DNA of 6,021 nt from a virus (lineage: Duplodnaviria > Heunggongvirae > Uroviricota > Caudoviricetes): the IMG/VR virus record IMGVR_UViG_2671180758_000013; one strand, written 5' to 3'. Positions 5,100-6,021 of this stretch are shown here, in pieces. Under the pieces are notes generated by a model. That model ran no database searches and was not told the origin of the DNA. It saw only the letters and a program-made list of their open reading frames with translations. The number at the start of each line of letters is the position of its first letter. The first letter of the stretch is position 1. A program made the translations under genes and the position numbers.

Positions 5100-6021
5100 A
5101 ACGAACGCCTGTCCTGATTGATGTGAACGGCGTTCCGCTTCGTGAGAGTCTCAGCTACAACGGGGGCGGTGCAGGATTTGGCGGGCAAATGGCTGAGTGG
5201 TTGCCACCGGCGCAGAGTGCCGATGCGGCCCTGCTGCCCGCGTTGCGTCTGGGGAATGCCCGGGCAGATGATCTGGTGCGCAATAACGGAATAGCGGCTA
5301 ATGCGGTGGCTCTGCATAAGGATCACATTGTCGGGCATATGTTTCTGATCAGCTACCGTCCGAACTGGCGCTGGCTGGGGATGCGGGAGACCGCAGCAAA
5401 AAGCTTTGTCGATGAGGTGGAGGCGGCCTGGTCGGAATACGCCGAAGGGATGTCTGGCGAGATCGACGTGGAAGGAAAACGCACGTTCACGGAATTTATC
5501 CGTGAAGGTGTGGGCGTTCATGCGTTTAACGGCGAAATCTTTGTGCAGCCGGTTTGGGATACGGAAACCACGCAGTTATTCCGTACGCGTTTTAAAGCCG
5601 TGAGTCCGAAACGGGTGGACACGCCTGGACACGGTATGGGGAACCGTTTTCTGCGGGCCGGTGTGGAGGTCGATCGATATGGCCGTGCCGTCGCGTACCA
5701 TATACGTCCGGCCATGCTGCATATTTTCGAGCCGGTGGAGGACGGGCAGACCCGTGGGGCTAATCAGTTTTACAGCGTCATGGAACGGCTGAAGATGCTC
5801 GATTCCCTGCAGGCAACACAGCTTCAGTCGGCCATAGTGAAGGCGATGTATGCAGCGACGATTGAAAGTGAACTTGATACCGAAAAGGCCTTTGAATATA
5901 TCGCCGGCGCGCCACAGGAGCAGAAGGATAATCCGCTTATTAATATTCTGGAGAAGTTCTCCAGCTGGTATGACACGAATAACGTGACACTGGGCGGTGT
6001 CAAAATTCCGCACCTTTTCCC
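5096..6021 (+). CDS. B: Portal protein (lambda gpB homolog), 3'-truncated by window end
   Basis: ATG 5096 overlaps the W stop (ATGA). Translation MKRTPVLIDVNGVPLRESLSYNGGGAGFGGQ...GNARADDLVRNNG...HAFNGEIFVQ...HIFEPVEDGQTRGAN-FYSVME-LKMLD-LQ-TQLQSAIVKAMYAATIESELDT... is collinear with the lambda gpB N-terminal half. Open to the window end. Confidence 0.93.
   Translation, partial: MKRTPVLIDVNGVPLRESLSYNGGGAGFGGQMAEWLPPAQSADAALLPALRLGNARADDLVRNNGIAANAVALHKDHIVGHMFLISYRPNWRWLGMRETAAKSFVDEVEAAWSEYAEGMSGEIDVEGKRTFTEFIREGVGVHAFNGEIFVQPVWDTETTQLFRTRFKAVSPKRVDTPGHGMGNRFLRAGVEVDRYGRAVAYHIRPAMLHIFEPVEDGQTRGANQFYSVMERLKMLDSLQATQLQSAIVKAMYAATIESELDTEKAFEYIAGAPQEQKDNPLINILEKFSSWYDTNNVTLGGVKIPHLF

Larger units (their letters stand above)
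1..6021. mobile_element. Segment of a lambdoid (lambda-like) phage/prophage: lysis cassette 3' end, accessory segment, cos site, head-morphogenesis genes
   Basis: Gene order endolysin-Rz/Rz1-cos-Nu1-A-W-B matches lambda; translations are recognisably homologous to lambda Rz, Rz1, Nu1, gpA, gpW and gpB (from memory); the lambda 12-nt cohesive-end sequence GGGCGGCGACCT is present. cos lying internal to the contig means a prophage, concatemer or circular form rather than a virion end. Confidence 0.85.

Noticed and set aside
4925-6013. Alternate-frame and antisense ORFs inside W and portal B (4925-5521 -, 5406-5603 +, 5518-5715 -, 5576-6013 -)
   Set aside because: Embedded in well-supported CDSs; same reasoning as for the ORFs inside A.

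Overview
This window is the late-region junction of a lambda-like (lambdoid) phage or prophage, on the + strand throughout except one small gene. In order it holds: the 3' part of the lysis cassette (a GH24 endolysin truncated at the window start, then the Rz/Rz1 spanin pair), a ~1 kb accessory segment, the cohesive-end site (cosQ-proximal palindrome, cosN, cosB), and the start of the head operon (terminase small subunit Nu1, large subunit A, head-completion protein W, and portal B truncated at the window end). All identifications rest on reading the translations and comparing them from memory with lambda proteins; no database search was possible. The parts not explained by the canonical lambda layout are: (1) a ~300-bp insertion between endolysin and Rz with a strong intrinsic-terminator hairpin and a small hydrophobic ORF coupled to Rz; (2) an accessory segment where lambda carries bor, here holding an AT-rich island with a 46-codon hydrophobic ORF and a convergent 61-aa ribbon-helix-helix-like protein; (3) a cosB whose candidate terminase-binding repeats differ from lambda's although the 12-nt cosN is identical. 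These are candidates for further study, not demonstrated new systems.
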